64,000 bases of DNA. It comes from an uncultured bacterium. Its GTDB lineage: Bacteria > Auribacterota > UBA3054 > JAPLST01. A model generated the notes under the pieces. It was not told the DNA's origin. It did not search any database and worked only from the letters and a program-made list of their open reading frames with translations. Shown piece after piece: positions 9,373 to 18,848 of the stretch (the first letter of the stretch is position 1; the number at the start of each line of letters is the position of its first letter). Where the stretch lies: the NCBI GenBank assembly GCA_964397565.1, contig CAYNJC010000001.1, forward strand, positions 144,966 to 208,965. The letters run 5' to 3'. The position numbers and the translations under genes are program-made.

Positions 9373-9572
9373 AAGACCCGATTGTGGAAGAGGTGCGCCG
9401 CCATCGCCGCGAACATGCGCAGCGTTTCAATAACAACCTGGATGCGATTTGCGAGGATCTGCGCAGACACCAGGCGTCTTCTGGCCATCCAATAGTACGC
9501 TTGAAACCACGAAGGATTGCGCCGAACAAACGCATGCAGCGGATCACGCATGGCGTGACCGCTGATGCGTGA
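9369..9572 (+). CDS. small partner protein of the PIN toxin (putative antitoxin, 67 aa)
   Basis: Its start overlaps the PIN stop by 4 nt (ATGA), which suggests translational coupling. It is basic and helical (EEVRRHRREHAQRFNNNLDAICEDLRR). No family could be assigned from sequence alone. Confidence 0.5.
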   Translation: MKDPIVEEVRRHRREHAQRFNNNLDAICEDLRRHQASSGHPIVRLKPRRIAPNKRMQRITHGVTADA

Positions 9573-9723
9573 CGTTCCGCGCATGGCTGGAGCTGCTTCC
9601 GCGCCGCGCATCAGCTTCTGCAAGGTGGGAGCGATTGTCATGTCGCGATTTGTTGGCGCAAGAACTGCATTCGCCGGATGGTATCTCCACCGCATGGCGG
9701 GATGCAGCAGTATCTGCAACTGC

Positions 9724-9758
9724 AAACTGAAAGCTGAAAACCGAACACTGAAACCTGA
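9724..9758. repeat. heptanucleotide tandem repeat (NNCTGAA)x5
   Basis: aactgaa agctgaa aaccgaa cactgaa acctgaa, in the intergenic stretch before the radical SAM gene. Confidence 0.7.
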
Positions 9759-9784
9759 AACCTTCTCCAGCATGGCCGCCTGAG

Positions 9785-11089
9785 ATGCATGTGCTGCTGA
9801 TCAATCCGCCCGCTGCTGCGGCGCATGTGCGCGAAGGGCGCTGCACGCAAGCCACGCACCTGTGGGGCACGGCCTGGCCACCGCTGACCCTGGCTTACTG
9901 CGCCGCCGTGCTGCATGACGCCGGCCATACCGCATGCCTGCTCGACGGCGCGGTGCAGCGGCTGACCGATGACGTGGTGCGCCGCGCGGCTGCGGCGGCA
10001 CAGGTCGCGGTTGTTGCCGTCGGCAATGACACCGGCGTCGGCGATTGCGCGTTCGCAGCCATGCTGAAATCCATCAATCCGGCCCTGACCGTCATCCTGA
10101 TTGGCACGTACGCGGCCGCCTGCGTGACGCAGATTTTCGCAGACTATACCGGTATCGCCGCGATTGTCGTCGGCGAGCCGGAATACAGTCTGCGCGACTG
10201 CGTCGCGGCGTGCGCAGTGGGTGCTCCCCTGCCGGGCATCCCCGGCGTGATGACGCCCGCTGCCAGTCTCATCACGCGACCTTTTATTGAACCGCTTGAC
10301 GCCTTGCCGTTCCCGCGCTGGGAGTGCATTGACACGCAGCGCTACCGCCTTCCCCTGCTGCGCCGGCGTTTGTTGCTGGTCGCGCCGATGCGCGGCTGCC
10401 CCTATCCCTGCACGTTTTGCACAACCCAACAATATTACGGTACGCGCGTGCGCACCCGCAGCGTCGCATCGGTGATTGCGGAACTGGAACGCAATGTGCG
10501 CGATTTTGGCGTGCGCGATTTCCTGTTCTGGGCCGAGACACTGACGGGCAATCGGCCGTTCGTCATGGCCCTGTGCGAAGAGCTGCAACGCCGCGCGCTG
10601 CGCATGCGCTGGTCGGCCGCCAGCCGCGTGGACACGGTTGATGCCGAGATGCTGCGCGCCATGCGCGCCGCCGGCTGCCGCATGCTGTCGTTCGGCATCG
10701 AGTCGCTCTCGCAGGACGTGCTGGATCAATGCGGCAAACGCATGTGCGTCGAAGAGATCGCACCGGCGATTCACATGGCGCGCGCCGCTGGCTTGTGGAC
10801 GGTCGGGCACTTTATTATCGGCCTGCCGGGCGACACGCCCGAGCGCGCGCGCGCAACGGTGACGGGCGCTACCCGCCTGCCGCTTGACTTTGCGCAGTTC
10901 TATGCCGCCGCCGCGTTCGCCGGCAGTCGCCTGCAGCAAGCGCTCGGCCCGGTCGCTCGCGCCGGTGCATCCCAAGCTGACTTTCAACATCTGCCTGAAG
11001 AACTGCGAGGTATTGCCCGCGGCGCAGCGCGCCATTTCTACGGCACACCCCGCCGCTTGCTTTACTGGTCACAGCATCTGTGGCTTTGA
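9785..11089 (+). CDS. B12-binding domain radical SAM protein
   Basis: N-terminal Rossmann-like cobalamin-binding region (VLLINPP...). CxxxCxxC cluster motif: MRGCPYPCTFCTTQQYYG. A radical SAM TIM-barrel body follows. Confidence 0.8.
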   Translation: MHVLLINPPAAAAHVREGRCTQATHLWGTAWPPLTLAYCAAVLHDAGHTACLLDGAVQRLTDDVVRRAAAAAQVAVVAVGNDTGVGDCAFAAMLKSINPALTVILIGTYAAACVTQIFADYTGIAAIVVGEPEYSLRDCVAACAVGAPLPGIPGVMTPAASLITRPFIEPLDALPFPRWECIDTQRYRLPLLRRRLLLVAPMRGCPYPCTFCTTQQYYGTRVRTRSVASVIAELERNVRDFGVRDFLFWAETLTGNRPFVMALCEELQRRALRMRWSAASRVDTVDAEMLRAMRAAGCRMLSFGIESLSQDVLDQCGKRMCVEEIAPAIHMARAAGLWTVGHFIIGLPGDTPERARATVTGATRLPLDFAQFYAAAAFAGSRLQQALGPVARAGASQADFQHLPEELRGIARGAARHFYGTPRRLLYWSQHLWL

Positions 11090-11095
11090 TGTTTC

Positions 11096-12814
11096 ATGAG
11101 CATTAGCGCGCCATATATTCTGGGTATTTGGGATGGCCACGACGCTGGTGCGGCAGTGCTCCACGATGGGCGCATTCTCGCGGCGGTCAATGAAGAACGC
11201 CTGACACGGCGCAAACTTGAGATCGGTTTTCCGCGGCAGTCCGTGGCGTGCTGCCTTGACGTGGCCGGTGTGCGCGCAGACGACATTGCCGGTGTTGCGC
11301 TGTCGACCTGGGATGTCGCCAAAACACTTACCCGCTTCGCGCCGGTATTGCGCAACCAGTATTATGCGCTGCGCCGCCGGCGCATGCCGCCAACCATGTT
11401 CTCGCGCCTCAAGAAGTACAGCAAATACTTGCTGACACTGGTGCCAGGCGGTGCGGCGACGCGCGCGCTGGGTGCCTGCCTCGTGCGGCGCGACTTGCGC
11501 GCCTGTGGCGTGGCCGCGCCGTTGCACTGGCTCGCGCACCACGAGGCGCACGCCGCCGCCGCCGCGCTCTGCTCCGGTTTCGTTGAGGCGACGGTGCTGA
11601 CACTCGACGGCATTGGCGACAGCATCTCCGGTTCGGTCAGCGTCTGGCGCGCGCCACGTCTCGAGCACATAGCAAACATGCGCGGGCGCGACTCGCTCGG
11701 CATTTTCTTCGAGCACGTCACGAATTTGATGAACATGCGCGAGCTTGAGGACGAGGGCAAAGTCATGGCCTTGGCGAATTACGCCCTGCCGGTGCCGGAT
11801 GCGCACAATCCAATGCTGACATGGTTCTCGTGCGACGATCTGACGGTGCGCTGCCGTTTTGGGCCGCTGCGCCTGCATCATGCGCTCGCCCAGCTTTTGT
11901 ACCAAGTGCCGTCGGAGCAATTCGCCTTCATGGCCCAGCGCACGCTCGAAGTGTTCGTCACGCGCCTGGTGCGCAACGCCGTGGCGCACACGGGCATTCC
12001 CGCTGTCTGCCTCGCCGGCGGTGTGGCCTCGAATGTCAAAGTGAACATGCTGGTGCGCGAACTCGACTGCGTGCGCGACGTGTTCGTGTTTCCGCACATG
12101 GGCGACGGCGGTCTGGCGGTCGGCGCCGCGCTGGCGCTAGGAAATCGCCTGTATCAATGGCCCGGCGCCGCGCTTGACGATGTGTTTCTGGGACCGGAAT
12201 GTGCCGACGGCAAAATGGCAGAGGCTCTTGCGGCGGCCCACTGCGAGTATGCGCGCATGGAAGCGCCGTGGGAAATCGCCGCGGACGCATTGGCGCACGG
12301 CGAGACGGTCTTGTGGTTTGACGGCCGGATGGAATTCGGCCCGCGCGCACTCGGCCATCGCAGCATTCTCACGCGCGCCGACGACCCGGCCTTGCGCGAC
12401 CGGCTCAATTTGCAGTTAAAGCAGCGCGTCTGGTATCAGCCCTTCTGCCCGTCCATTCTGGCTGCGGATGCACCGCGCTTGCTGGAAAACTACCGCGGCC
12501 CCAATCGCTTCATGACCGAAGCCTATCGCACAACCACCGAAGGTCGTCACGTGCTGGTCGCGGCAATCAGCATTGACGGCACTTGCCGGCCGCAGATTGT
12601 TGACGTGCGCGACGGCGCGTATGCCAAGCTGCTGCAGGCCGTCCGCGCGCGGATCGGCGTCGGCGCGGTCTTGAACACCAGCATGAACATTCACGGTGAT
12701 CCAATGGTCAACACGCCGGCCGAGGCCGTTGATGTTTTTTTGCGCTCCGGCGCGGACATGCTGGTGCTGGGCCCGTTCGTCGCCCGCGCCAGGCACCTAA
12801 GAAATGATGAATGA
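11096..12814 (+). CDS. carbamoyltransferase, NodU/CmcH/NovN family
   Basis: N-terminal ILGIWDGHDAGAAVLHDGRILAAVNEERLTRRK matches the carbamoyltransferase N-terminal YrdC/Kae1-like domain. The 572 aa length is typical. It starts 7 nt after the radical SAM stop. Confidence 0.8.
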   Translation: MSISAPYILGIWDGHDAGAAVLHDGRILAAVNEERLTRRKLEIGFPRQSVACCLDVAGVRADDIAGVALSTWDVAKTLTRFAPVLRNQYYALRRRRMPPTMFSRLKKYSKYLLTLVPGGAATRALGACLVRRDLRACGVAAPLHWLAHHEAHAAAAALCSGFVEATVLTLDGIGDSISGSVSVWRAPRLEHIANMRGRDSLGIFFEHVTNLMNMRELEDEGKVMALANYALPVPDAHNPMLTWFSCDDLTVRCRFGPLRLHHALAQLLYQVPSEQFAFMAQRTLEVFVTRLVRNAVAHTGIPAVCLAGGVASNVKVNMLVRELDCVRDVFVFPHMGDGGLAVGAALALGNRLYQWPGAALDDVFLGPECADGKMAEALAAAHCEYARMEAPWEIAADALAHGETVLWFDGRMEFGPRALGHRSILTRADDPALRDRLNLQLKQRVWYQPFCPSILAADAPRLLENYRGPNRFMTEAYRTTTEGRHVLVAAISIDGTCRPQIVDVRDGAYAKLLQAVRARIGVGAVLNTSMNIHGDPMVNTPAEAVDVFLRSGADMLVLGPFVARARHLRNDE

Positions 12815-12830
12815 TGAATGATGAATGATG
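12803..12830. repeat. heptanucleotide tandem repeat (AATGATG)x4 overlapping the carbamoyltransferase stop codon
   Basis: aatgatgaatgatgaatgatgaatgatg; the TGA stop at 12812-12814 lies inside the repeat. Confidence 0.8.
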
Positions 12831-12883
12831 AGTGTCAGGCATGAAGCATGCAAAACTTGATATGTTTATTGTTCTGCATTAAT

Positions 12884-12960
12884 ACTAATGAGTGCACTTT
12901 CTACATTGCAGCATTCTTGTAGCAGCCCGCGGTGAGGGCGGGGGCTGGTCTGCCGTGGTC
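12884..12960. repeat. interspersed repeat family A, copy 1 (MITE-like family)
   Basis: actaatgagtgcactttctacattgcagcattcttgtagcagcccgcggtgagggcgg is ~85% identical to the copies at 13299 and 25926. It overlaps the 3' end of ORF 12901-13281. Confidence 0.7.
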
Positions 12961-13281
12961 AACGCCCACGGCTACAATTACTGCAGATCGCGGCGTTGCT
13001 TCTGAAACTGCCTGAATCTGAACCACCAATACAAGTGCCAGATGCCCAAGCCAGAACATGATGGCAAAGAAACCGTGCAGAATCAGCGACCATGGTTGTG
13101 TAAACCATATCAACACCGGCGCCAGCACACAGAACACAATGCCGTTTGACGCCAAGTAGGTCACCGGTGAATTTTGTTGGTCCGCGATGCCCTCGCGATA
13201 GCTTTGCCACGCCGCCGCAAAGCGCCAGGCAAAGAAGAAATAAAGCGGCAGGCCCAGTACAATCAATATAATTGTATCCAC
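12901..13281 (-). CDS. small integral membrane protein, unknown function
   Basis: 126 aa with three or four hydrophobic helices. Its C-terminal ~20 aa are encoded by the repeat element, so the true 3' end is uncertain. It also contains a tctgaa microrepeat at 13006-13030. Confidence 0.45.
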   Translation of the reverse strand: MDTIILIVLGLPLYFFFAWRFAAAWQSYREGIADQQNSPVTYLASNGIVFCVLAPVLIWFTQPWSLILHGFFAIMFWLGHLALVLVVQIQAVSEATPRSAVIVAVGVDHGRPAPALTAGCYKNAAM

Positions 13282-13298
13282 TTACCCATCCTGACTAG

Positions 13299-13427
13299 TT
13301 ACTAATGAGAGCGCTTTCTACTTTGCATCGTCCTTGTAGCCGCTCGCGGTGAGGGCGGCTTCTGCAGCCGCGGTCAGCGCCCGCGGCCACAACTGGCATG
13401 ACAACAAGCACGTGCTTTCATTAGTAA
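13299..13427. mobile_element. MITE-like element, repeat family A copy 2, with terminal inverted repeats
   Basis: Left end ttactaatgagagcgc and right end gtgctttcattagtaa are inverted repeats (13 of 15 match). The internal sequence matches the copies at 12884 and 25926. It is intergenic, with no ORF. Confidence 0.6.
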
Positions 13428-13444
13428 GCCGGCGCAGCCACGAC

Positions 13445-14347
13445 TCACTCCTCGATCTCCATGTCCTGAAACGAGAGCGGGTCGTCGATGGGCTCGACAT
13501 GCGTGGTGACCGTGACGCCGGCGAGCGCTTTGCGAATGTCCGCCGCGATCTTTTCCGCCAGATGATGACCGCGGTGGGTCGTCCAGCGGCCGGGCACCAG
13601 GATGTGGACCGAGACAAAGCGGCGGCCGGCGGCCTGGCGCGTCCGCAGCGCATGATGGCGGATGCCGTGCTCCTGGTTATAGCGTTCGAGAATCTGCACG
13701 ATGCGGTGCTCTTCCTGCGGCGGCAAGGCGGTGTCCATAAAGCCCAAGGCTGAACGCTGTATGAGCCGAAATCCGGTCCAGGTAATATTGACGGCGACGG
13801 CGAGGGCGAGCAGCGGGTCCAACAGCTGCCAGCCGGTCAGCGCCACGATGCCGATGCCGCCGATGACGCCGGCCGACGTCCAGACATCGGTCATGAGATG
13901 GCGCGCATCGGCTTCGAGTGTGATCGAGTCGTGGCGCTTGCCGACGCGCAGCAGCACCCACGCCACGCCCAAATTGATCAATGCCGCCACGGCTGAGACC
14001 ACCAGCCCGGCGCCCACTTGTTCGAGTGGCTGCGGCGCGAGGATGCGCTGCACCGCCGCCAGCGCAATGCTCACGGCCGCCAGCAGAATCAGGACGCCTT
14101 CGGCGCCGCTGGCAAAGTACTCGGCCTTGCTATGGCCGTAGTGATGCTCGCGGTCGGGTGGCCGGGCGGCAATGATGAGCATGGTCAAGGCAATGGTCGC
14201 ACCCAGCAAATTCACCAGCGACTCGACCGCGTCGGACAAGAGGCCAATTGAATTGGTCAGCAGATAGGCGCCGCTCTTGAGTGCGATGGTAACAATAGCC
14301 GCGGCAATCGAGAGCCACGCATAGCGTGTGAGTGAAGAACGGTTCAT
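13445..14347 (-). CDS. cation diffusion facilitator family metal exporter (CzcD/FieF-like)
   Basis: Six TM helices with the CDF signature ([11 protein letters not shown]..., HxxxD-type motifs in TM2/TM5) and a C-terminal cytoplasmic domain. Confidence 0.85.
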   Translation of the reverse strand: MNRSSLTRYAWLSIAAAIVTIALKSGAYLLTNSIGLLSDAVESLVNLLGATIALTMLIIAARPPDREHHYGHSKAEYFASGAEGVLILLAAVSIALAAVQRILAPQPLEQVGAGLVVSAVAALINLGVAWVLLRVGKRHDSITLEADARHLMTDVWTSAGVIGGIGIVALTGWQLLDPLLALAVAVNITWTGFRLIQRSALGFMDTALPPQEEHRIVQILERYNQEHGIRHHALRTRQAAGRRFVSVHILVPGRWTTHRGHHLAEKIAADIRKALAGVTVTTHVEPIDDPLSFQDMEIEE

Positions 14348-14407
14348 GGGTGCAGCAAATTGCTCGTTATAGCGCCAAAATTACGTGAATGAGAGAGAAT
14401 AGCAGAA

Positions 14408-14424
14408 TTGACATGCCGTGTCAA
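14408..14424. promoter_or_regulatory. perfect palindrome TTGACATGCCGTGTCAA in the divergent CDF / GT-C intergenic region
   Basis: 6-bp arms with a 5-bp spacer, 61 nt upstream of the CDF start on the minus strand. Candidate operator. Confidence 0.4.
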
Positions 14425-14639
14425 TGCCCCTCTAATTCCCCTCTCTGATTTTTTCGTGGCGAAACCCAGATCCGCTGGTGCGTATGCTTTGTTGCCGCAC
14501 ATGCCGATAGACACGGACACGAGGCATTGACTTTCGCGCGCGGCGGGTGGGTGCAGCGATGCCCCAAGGGGGTAAGCGCGCGCTGCCAACGCAGCGCTGG
14601 TCTCGGCATGCACCGCTGGATCTGAACCAAAGAATTAGT

Positions 14640-14668
14640 TTGACAAGGTTTTGCGAGGTGCCTATAAT
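14640..14668 (+). promoter_or_regulatory. sigma70-type promoter (TTGACA-N17-TATAAT) for the GT-C gene
   Basis: Perfect consensus hexamers with a 17-nt spacer, 47 nt upstream of ATG 14716. Confidence 0.7.
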
Positions 14669-14715
14669 ACATACACTATGAATGACGGTGCAATAAACGA
14701 CGGGACATCGAACGC

Positions 14716-16497
14716 ATGAAACGAACCACATGGCTGGTGGTCTCCGGCATGATCACGTGCGGCATCGCCGCCGGCGCGGCAGTGCTCGTGTGCCTGCGTG
14801 CGAGCGCGGTGCCCAACGACACATTGCGCGCCATCTTGATGCGCTGGATGCCGGTCACGTTGGACGTCATCTTTGTCCTGCTGGTGTGCGCCGGGATTGT
14901 TTGCGCCCGTGATCTCTGGCGGGCGTGGCGCGCGCTACCACGCGCCACCCGCACATGGCTGTTGCTGCTCGCACTCGCCGCCGGCTTGCTCAGCGCCTTC
15001 GTCGCGCCGCGCACCAATCGGCTGTATTTCGATGAACACATTTATCAGAACATTGCGCAGACGATGGCGCTGGCGGGCCGCGCCGCCTTTTGCAATGAAG
15101 GCCAGTTTATTTATGATGAATATCACCCGCACCGTCTGGAGTACAACAAACAGCCCTACGGCTACCCGCATTTGCTGAGCGTGGTGTATCGCGCAGCAGG
15201 TGTGCGCGAAGCGTGGGCGCAGGTGCTGAACAATGTCTGCGCCATGGTTGCGGTGCTGCTCTGCTTCGGCTTGGCCCGCCAATTGACGGGCAGTGCGCGC
15301 GCCGGCCTTCTGGCCGCAGCCTGCCTGTTGATTCTGCCGGAGCAATTGCTCTGGTGCAACACCGCCGCCACCGAGCCGAGCACGGCGTGCGTGGCCGGCT
15401 TGGCCATGCTGGCCGGCTTGTGGTATTGCGCCCGGCCAAACGCGGCGCGCCTTGTGTTTGCGGTGCTCTGCCTGGCGTATGCCATGTACTTTCGCCCGGA
15501 AGCCGTGTTGTTGGCGCCGCTCTTCTTTCTGCTAATCCTGGTGGTCGCGCCACGGCAGTTTGCCCAGCCGGCGCTGTGGTTTGCCGCCGCCGCGCTGGTC
15601 ATCTTGATCACGCCGCAGCTGCTGCACATCCTCGCCGTGCGGCATGAGCCGTGGGGCAGCACCGGCGCAAAATTCACGCCCGCCGTCGTCTGGCATAATG
15701 TGAGCACCAACGGCTGGTTCTATTTGGTCAACGTGCGTTTCCCGTTGTTCGTCACCATGGGCGCAGCCCTCAGTGTGTTGACGCTGTGGCGGCGGCCGGC
15801 GACGCTGGTGGTGCTGGCCTGGGCGCTGGTAATGTGGGGCGTGTTTCTGGCGTTTTATGCCGGCAGTTATGCGTATGGTGTTGACGTGCGCTTTGCGCTG
15901 CTATCCTTCATCCCGTTGGTCGTCTTGGCGGGCGTCGGTTTTGACTGGTTGTGCGGCCTGCGGCCGTGGCCGTGGTTGACGGCCTGCGTCGTAGCCCTGC
16001 TCGTGCTGAATGGCATCCAGTTGCTGCCGCGCGTGCGGCGCGTCTCACAGGAGTCATGGGCGGCACGGTTTGATGTGCGCTACGCGCGCGAGTTTGCGCG
16101 GCTGGTGCCGCCGCATGCCTTGATCCTGACCCACAACCCGAATATGTTTCTGCTGTGGGGCCACAGCGCCGCGCAGGTGTCGCTCTTCAGCGAGCAGCGT
16201 CAGTATTTTGCGAATGTGCTGCTGCCGCGCTATCCGGGCGGCATCTATTTGCACTGGGGTTTTTGGTGCAACACGCCCGACCGGCAGCAGCAGTTATTCG
16301 GTGAGATGCTGACCAATTACATCGGCTGGGCCTGGGTGGCCGAGCGGCACGAGCAAGACTATGTCTATGCGCTGTTGCGGCTGACCAACCTGCCGCCGCT
16401 GGCGGCCGCAACGCCGGTGCCGCCGACGCCGCGCCGCGTGCGCATCCACGAAGTCGAGCTGCGGCACCGCGACTTCCCGCCCACGGACCAGCGTTGA
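14716..16497 (+). CDS. GT-C fold membrane glycosyltransferase (PMT_2 / ArnT-like, polyprenol-phosphate-sugar dependent)
   Basis: 593 aa with ~12 TM helices. An extracytoplasmic loop motif YFDEHIY (the DE motif of GT39/GT83 enzymes) follows TM1. Confidence 0.65.
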   Translation: MKRTTWLVVSGMITCGIAAGAAVLVCLRASAVPNDTLRAILMRWMPVTLDVIFVLLVCAGIVCARDLWRAWRALPRATRTWLLLLALAAGLLSAFVAPRTNRLYFDEHIYQNIAQTMALAGRAAFCNEGQFIYDEYHPHRLEYNKQPYGYPHLLSVVYRAAGVREAWAQVLNNVCAMVAVLLCFGLARQLTGSARAGLLAAACLLILPEQLLWCNTAATEPSTACVAGLAMLAGLWYCARPNAARLVFAVLCLAYAMYFRPEAVLLAPLFFLLILVVAPRQFAQPALWFAAAALVILITPQLLHILAVRHEPWGSTGAKFTPAVVWHNVSTNGWFYLVNVRFPLFVTMGAALSVLTLWRRPATLVVLAWALVMWGVFLAFYAGSYAYGVDVRFALLSFIPLVVLAGVGFDWLCGLRPWPWLTACVVALLVLNGIQLLPRVRRVSQESWAARFDVRYAREFARLVPPHALILTHNPNMFLLWGHSAAQVSLFSEQRQYFANVLLPRYPGGIYLHWGFWCNTPDRQQQLFGEMLTNYIGWAWVAERHEQDYVYALLRLTNLPPLAAATPVPPTPRRVRIHEVELRHRDFPPTDQR

Positions 16498-16519
16498 ATT
16501 CCAGAGAATCGTGAAAAAG

Positions 16520-16548
16520 TTGCATCACTCATTGTTATATGCTATACT
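16520..16548 (+). promoter_or_regulatory. putative promoter TTGCAT-N17-TATACT
   Basis: Lies upstream of the 16607 gene. Confidence 0.4.
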
Positions 16549-16606
16549 TGGGTAACTGATGCGGTACTCAGCAATGAGCACACGTTAATTTACCGAGGGT
16601 TCCGCC

Positions 16607-17155
16607 ATGGCTACGCGCATAGTTCAAATTGCATGTTCCTTAATGGTGCTGTGTGCATGGTCTGTGTGCGGCGTCACCAACGCGGCTGACCGAACCGAGC
16701 GGGTCGCGCAACCAGCACTCCTGATGACCCCGACTTTGGTGGTGCAGCCGCGCAGCGCGGTCGAGCCCTATATTCGTCAGGTGGGCAGTGTTAAGATTGC
16801 GTGCAAGCGTTTGACCGCCCAGAGCGGGTGGAAAGCCGGCGACAAACTGGCGCTGGAAGTATTCCCGTCGGTCATCTACACCGTCACGGTCGAGCAGGTC
16901 AGCGTTGATATGAACAACACGCTCTCGCTGATCGGCAAAGTACAGGGCGAGGAATTCAGTTCGTTTGTGCTTGCCGCCGACGGCGGCAATGTCATTGTGC
17001 GCTTTCAGGATTATGCCACGGCCGCACTGTTCACCATCGTTCGCAACGCGAGCGATGCCGTCGGCACCGTCACCGAAATGGATATGAGCAAGATGCCGGC
17101 GGTGACCGATCTGCCGGCGCGCATTGTCGCGCCGCCGAACCCATCACAACAGTGA
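16607..17155 (+). CDS. secreted hypothetical protein (signal peptide), possibly a partner of the downstream protease
   Basis: N-terminal signal peptide MATRIVQIACSLMVLCAWSVCG. No recognisable motif. It ends 15 nt before the metalloprotease gene. Confidence 0.55.
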   Translation: MATRIVQIACSLMVLCAWSVCGVTNAADRTERVAQPALLMTPTLVVQPRSAVEPYIRQVGSVKIACKRLTAQSGWKAGDKLALEVFPSVIYTVTVEQVSVDMNNTLSLIGKVQGEEFSSFVLAADGGNVIVRFQDYATAALFTIVRNASDAVGTVTEMDMSKMPAVTDLPARIVAPPNPSQQ

Positions 17156-17170
17156 CCTTGAGGAATTGAC

Positions 17171-18469
17171 ATGAACACCTTGGTATCATGGGCGCGTCTG
17201 CGCCGCCGTGTGATAGTGACTGTGTGCGCCATGCTGGCGGCCGCAGCCGTTGCGCAGGCCGCCACCGTCAAAGTCTTGATCGTGTATGACACGACCGGCA
17301 AAACCTACGCGCAAAGCAACGGCGGGGTCAACACCTTTTCGGCCTCGATCATTTCATTGCTGACGCAGGCCGCCAACAACAATAGCGGCGCCAATTTGAC
17401 GTTTCAGCTTGCCTATGCGGGCGAGACCTCGTATACCTACAATGGCAATTTCAGCACGGCGTTGAGCGACTTGAGTTCCGGCAACGGCGGGTTGAGCGTC
17501 GTGCCCGGCTGGCGCAACACGTATGCCGCCGATCTGGTCACCATGATTGTGGACATCGGCTCGTCATCGGGCGTCATTGGCCTAGGTAACCTGCTGATCA
17601 CCGTCGGCGGCAATGCCAATGCCGCGTTTACGGTCTGCAATGCGCGCAATGTCAACACACACGTCGTCACCCATGAAATCGGCCACAATTTCGGGTGTGG
17701 TCATAGCAAGTCACAGAGCACCCAACCGGGGCCCAATTCGTATCTCAATTCGTATTCCGCCGGCTGGTATTTCACCGGCAACAACGGCACGAAGTATCAC
17801 ACGATCATGGCCTACAACTATGAACAGGGTGTGTTCTATCAGCCGTGCAATATGTTTTCCACGCCGCTCAAAACGTACCAAGGCGTTACCGCCGGCAGCG
17901 CCGCGGACGGCGACAACACCCGCAACCTTGGGTATACCATGGGCTGGGTCGCGGCCTACCGCGGGAGCACACCGACCACGACTCCCACCACCGCGCCGAC
18001 CACCGCGCCCACCACCGCGCCCACCACCTCGCCGACCACGTCACCCACCACCTCGCCAACAACGTCACCCACCACCTCGCCAACAACGTCACCCACCACC
18101 TCGCCAACAACCAGCGCCGGTAGTTGGGTGCGGCTGTATCGCACGGGCCTCTGCAAAACACGCGTGAAGACACAATGCGAGAACGGCCGCTTCGACATGA
18201 GCTGGGCCACTATTTGTGCCTGGTACGCAGCCGGTTATCGCTATTTCATTGCCTACGACGCCACGACCGGCTGGTATATCTACGCGCCGCTGACCATGCG
18301 CAAGGCCTCGTGTTCGAGCAAGTTGGGCGTGATCCCGACCGGCAAGAAGCGGCCGGTCATCGTTTTCAAAGTGCGCGTCAACAAGAAGTCAAAATACATG
18401 GTCTGGAAGAACCGCGGCTGGGCGACCAATACCGACTTCACTCGTTCGCAGTACTATCTCGCTAAGTAA
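17171..18469 (+). CDS. secreted zinc metalloprotease, metzincin (reprolysin-like) with TP-repeat linker and C-terminal domain of unknown function
   Basis: Signal peptide, then HEIGHNFGCGH (HExxHxxGxxH) followed by a TIMAY Met-turn. The linker is TPTTTPTTAPTTAPTTAPTTSPTTSPTTS..., and the ~120-aa C-terminal domain is unassigned. Confidence 0.8.
   Translation: MNTLVSWARLRRRVIVTVCAMLAAAAVAQAATVKVLIVYDTTGKTYAQSNGGVNTFSASIISLLTQAANNNSGANLTFQLAYAGETSYTYNGNFSTALSDLSSGNGGLSVVPGWRNTYAADLVTMIVDIGSSSGVIGLGNLLITVGGNANAAFTVCNARNVNTHVVTHEIGHNFGCGHSKSQSTQPGPNSYLNSYSAGWYFTGNNGTKYHTIMAYNYEQGVFYQPCNMFSTPLKTYQGVTAGSAADGDNTRNLGYTMGWVAAYRGSTPTTTPTTAPTTAPTTAPTTSPTTSPTTSPTTSPTTSPTTSPTTSPTTSAGSWVRLYRTGLCKTRVKTQCENGRFDMSWATICAWYAAGYRYFIAYDATTGWYIYAPLTMRKASCSSKLGVIPTGKKRPVIVFKVRVNKKSKYMVWKNRGWATNTDFTRSQYYLAK
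17971..18116. repeat. in-frame tandem repeats encoding the TP/SP linker (includes three perfect 24-nt units)
   Basis: cacccaccacctcgccaacaacgt is repeated three times head-to-tail, preceded by degenerate 12-nt accaccgcgccc units. Confidence 0.8.
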
Positions 18470-18848
18470 GACCGGCCTCTTCTAACACCGGCGCTACAAG
18501 AAAGCGCCACGAACTCCTTTTGCGTGTTGGTGGTATTGTGGCTGCGCCCGGCGGCGGCGGCGTTGGCACGCGCGGCACCGAACCATACTTGAACAACGGC
18601 ATCATGACGGGCTTCAACATTATTCTCTGCGCGGCAATCGGTGGTCCGCAGGGCAACCTTGCGAGTTCGCGTTTATAAGGCACCGCAAGGCCACATGAAC
18701 GCAAGGGTGGCGCGGTGCGAAACGTGCGTGGACGTATGTGTTCTGTTACACTCATAGCCGTATACTTTCGCGCCCTGTTCTCGGCGCTCGGCTAATTTTG
18801 TCTTACATTAGTGGCGACGATGACCATGGTAAGCAACGAGGATCATTC

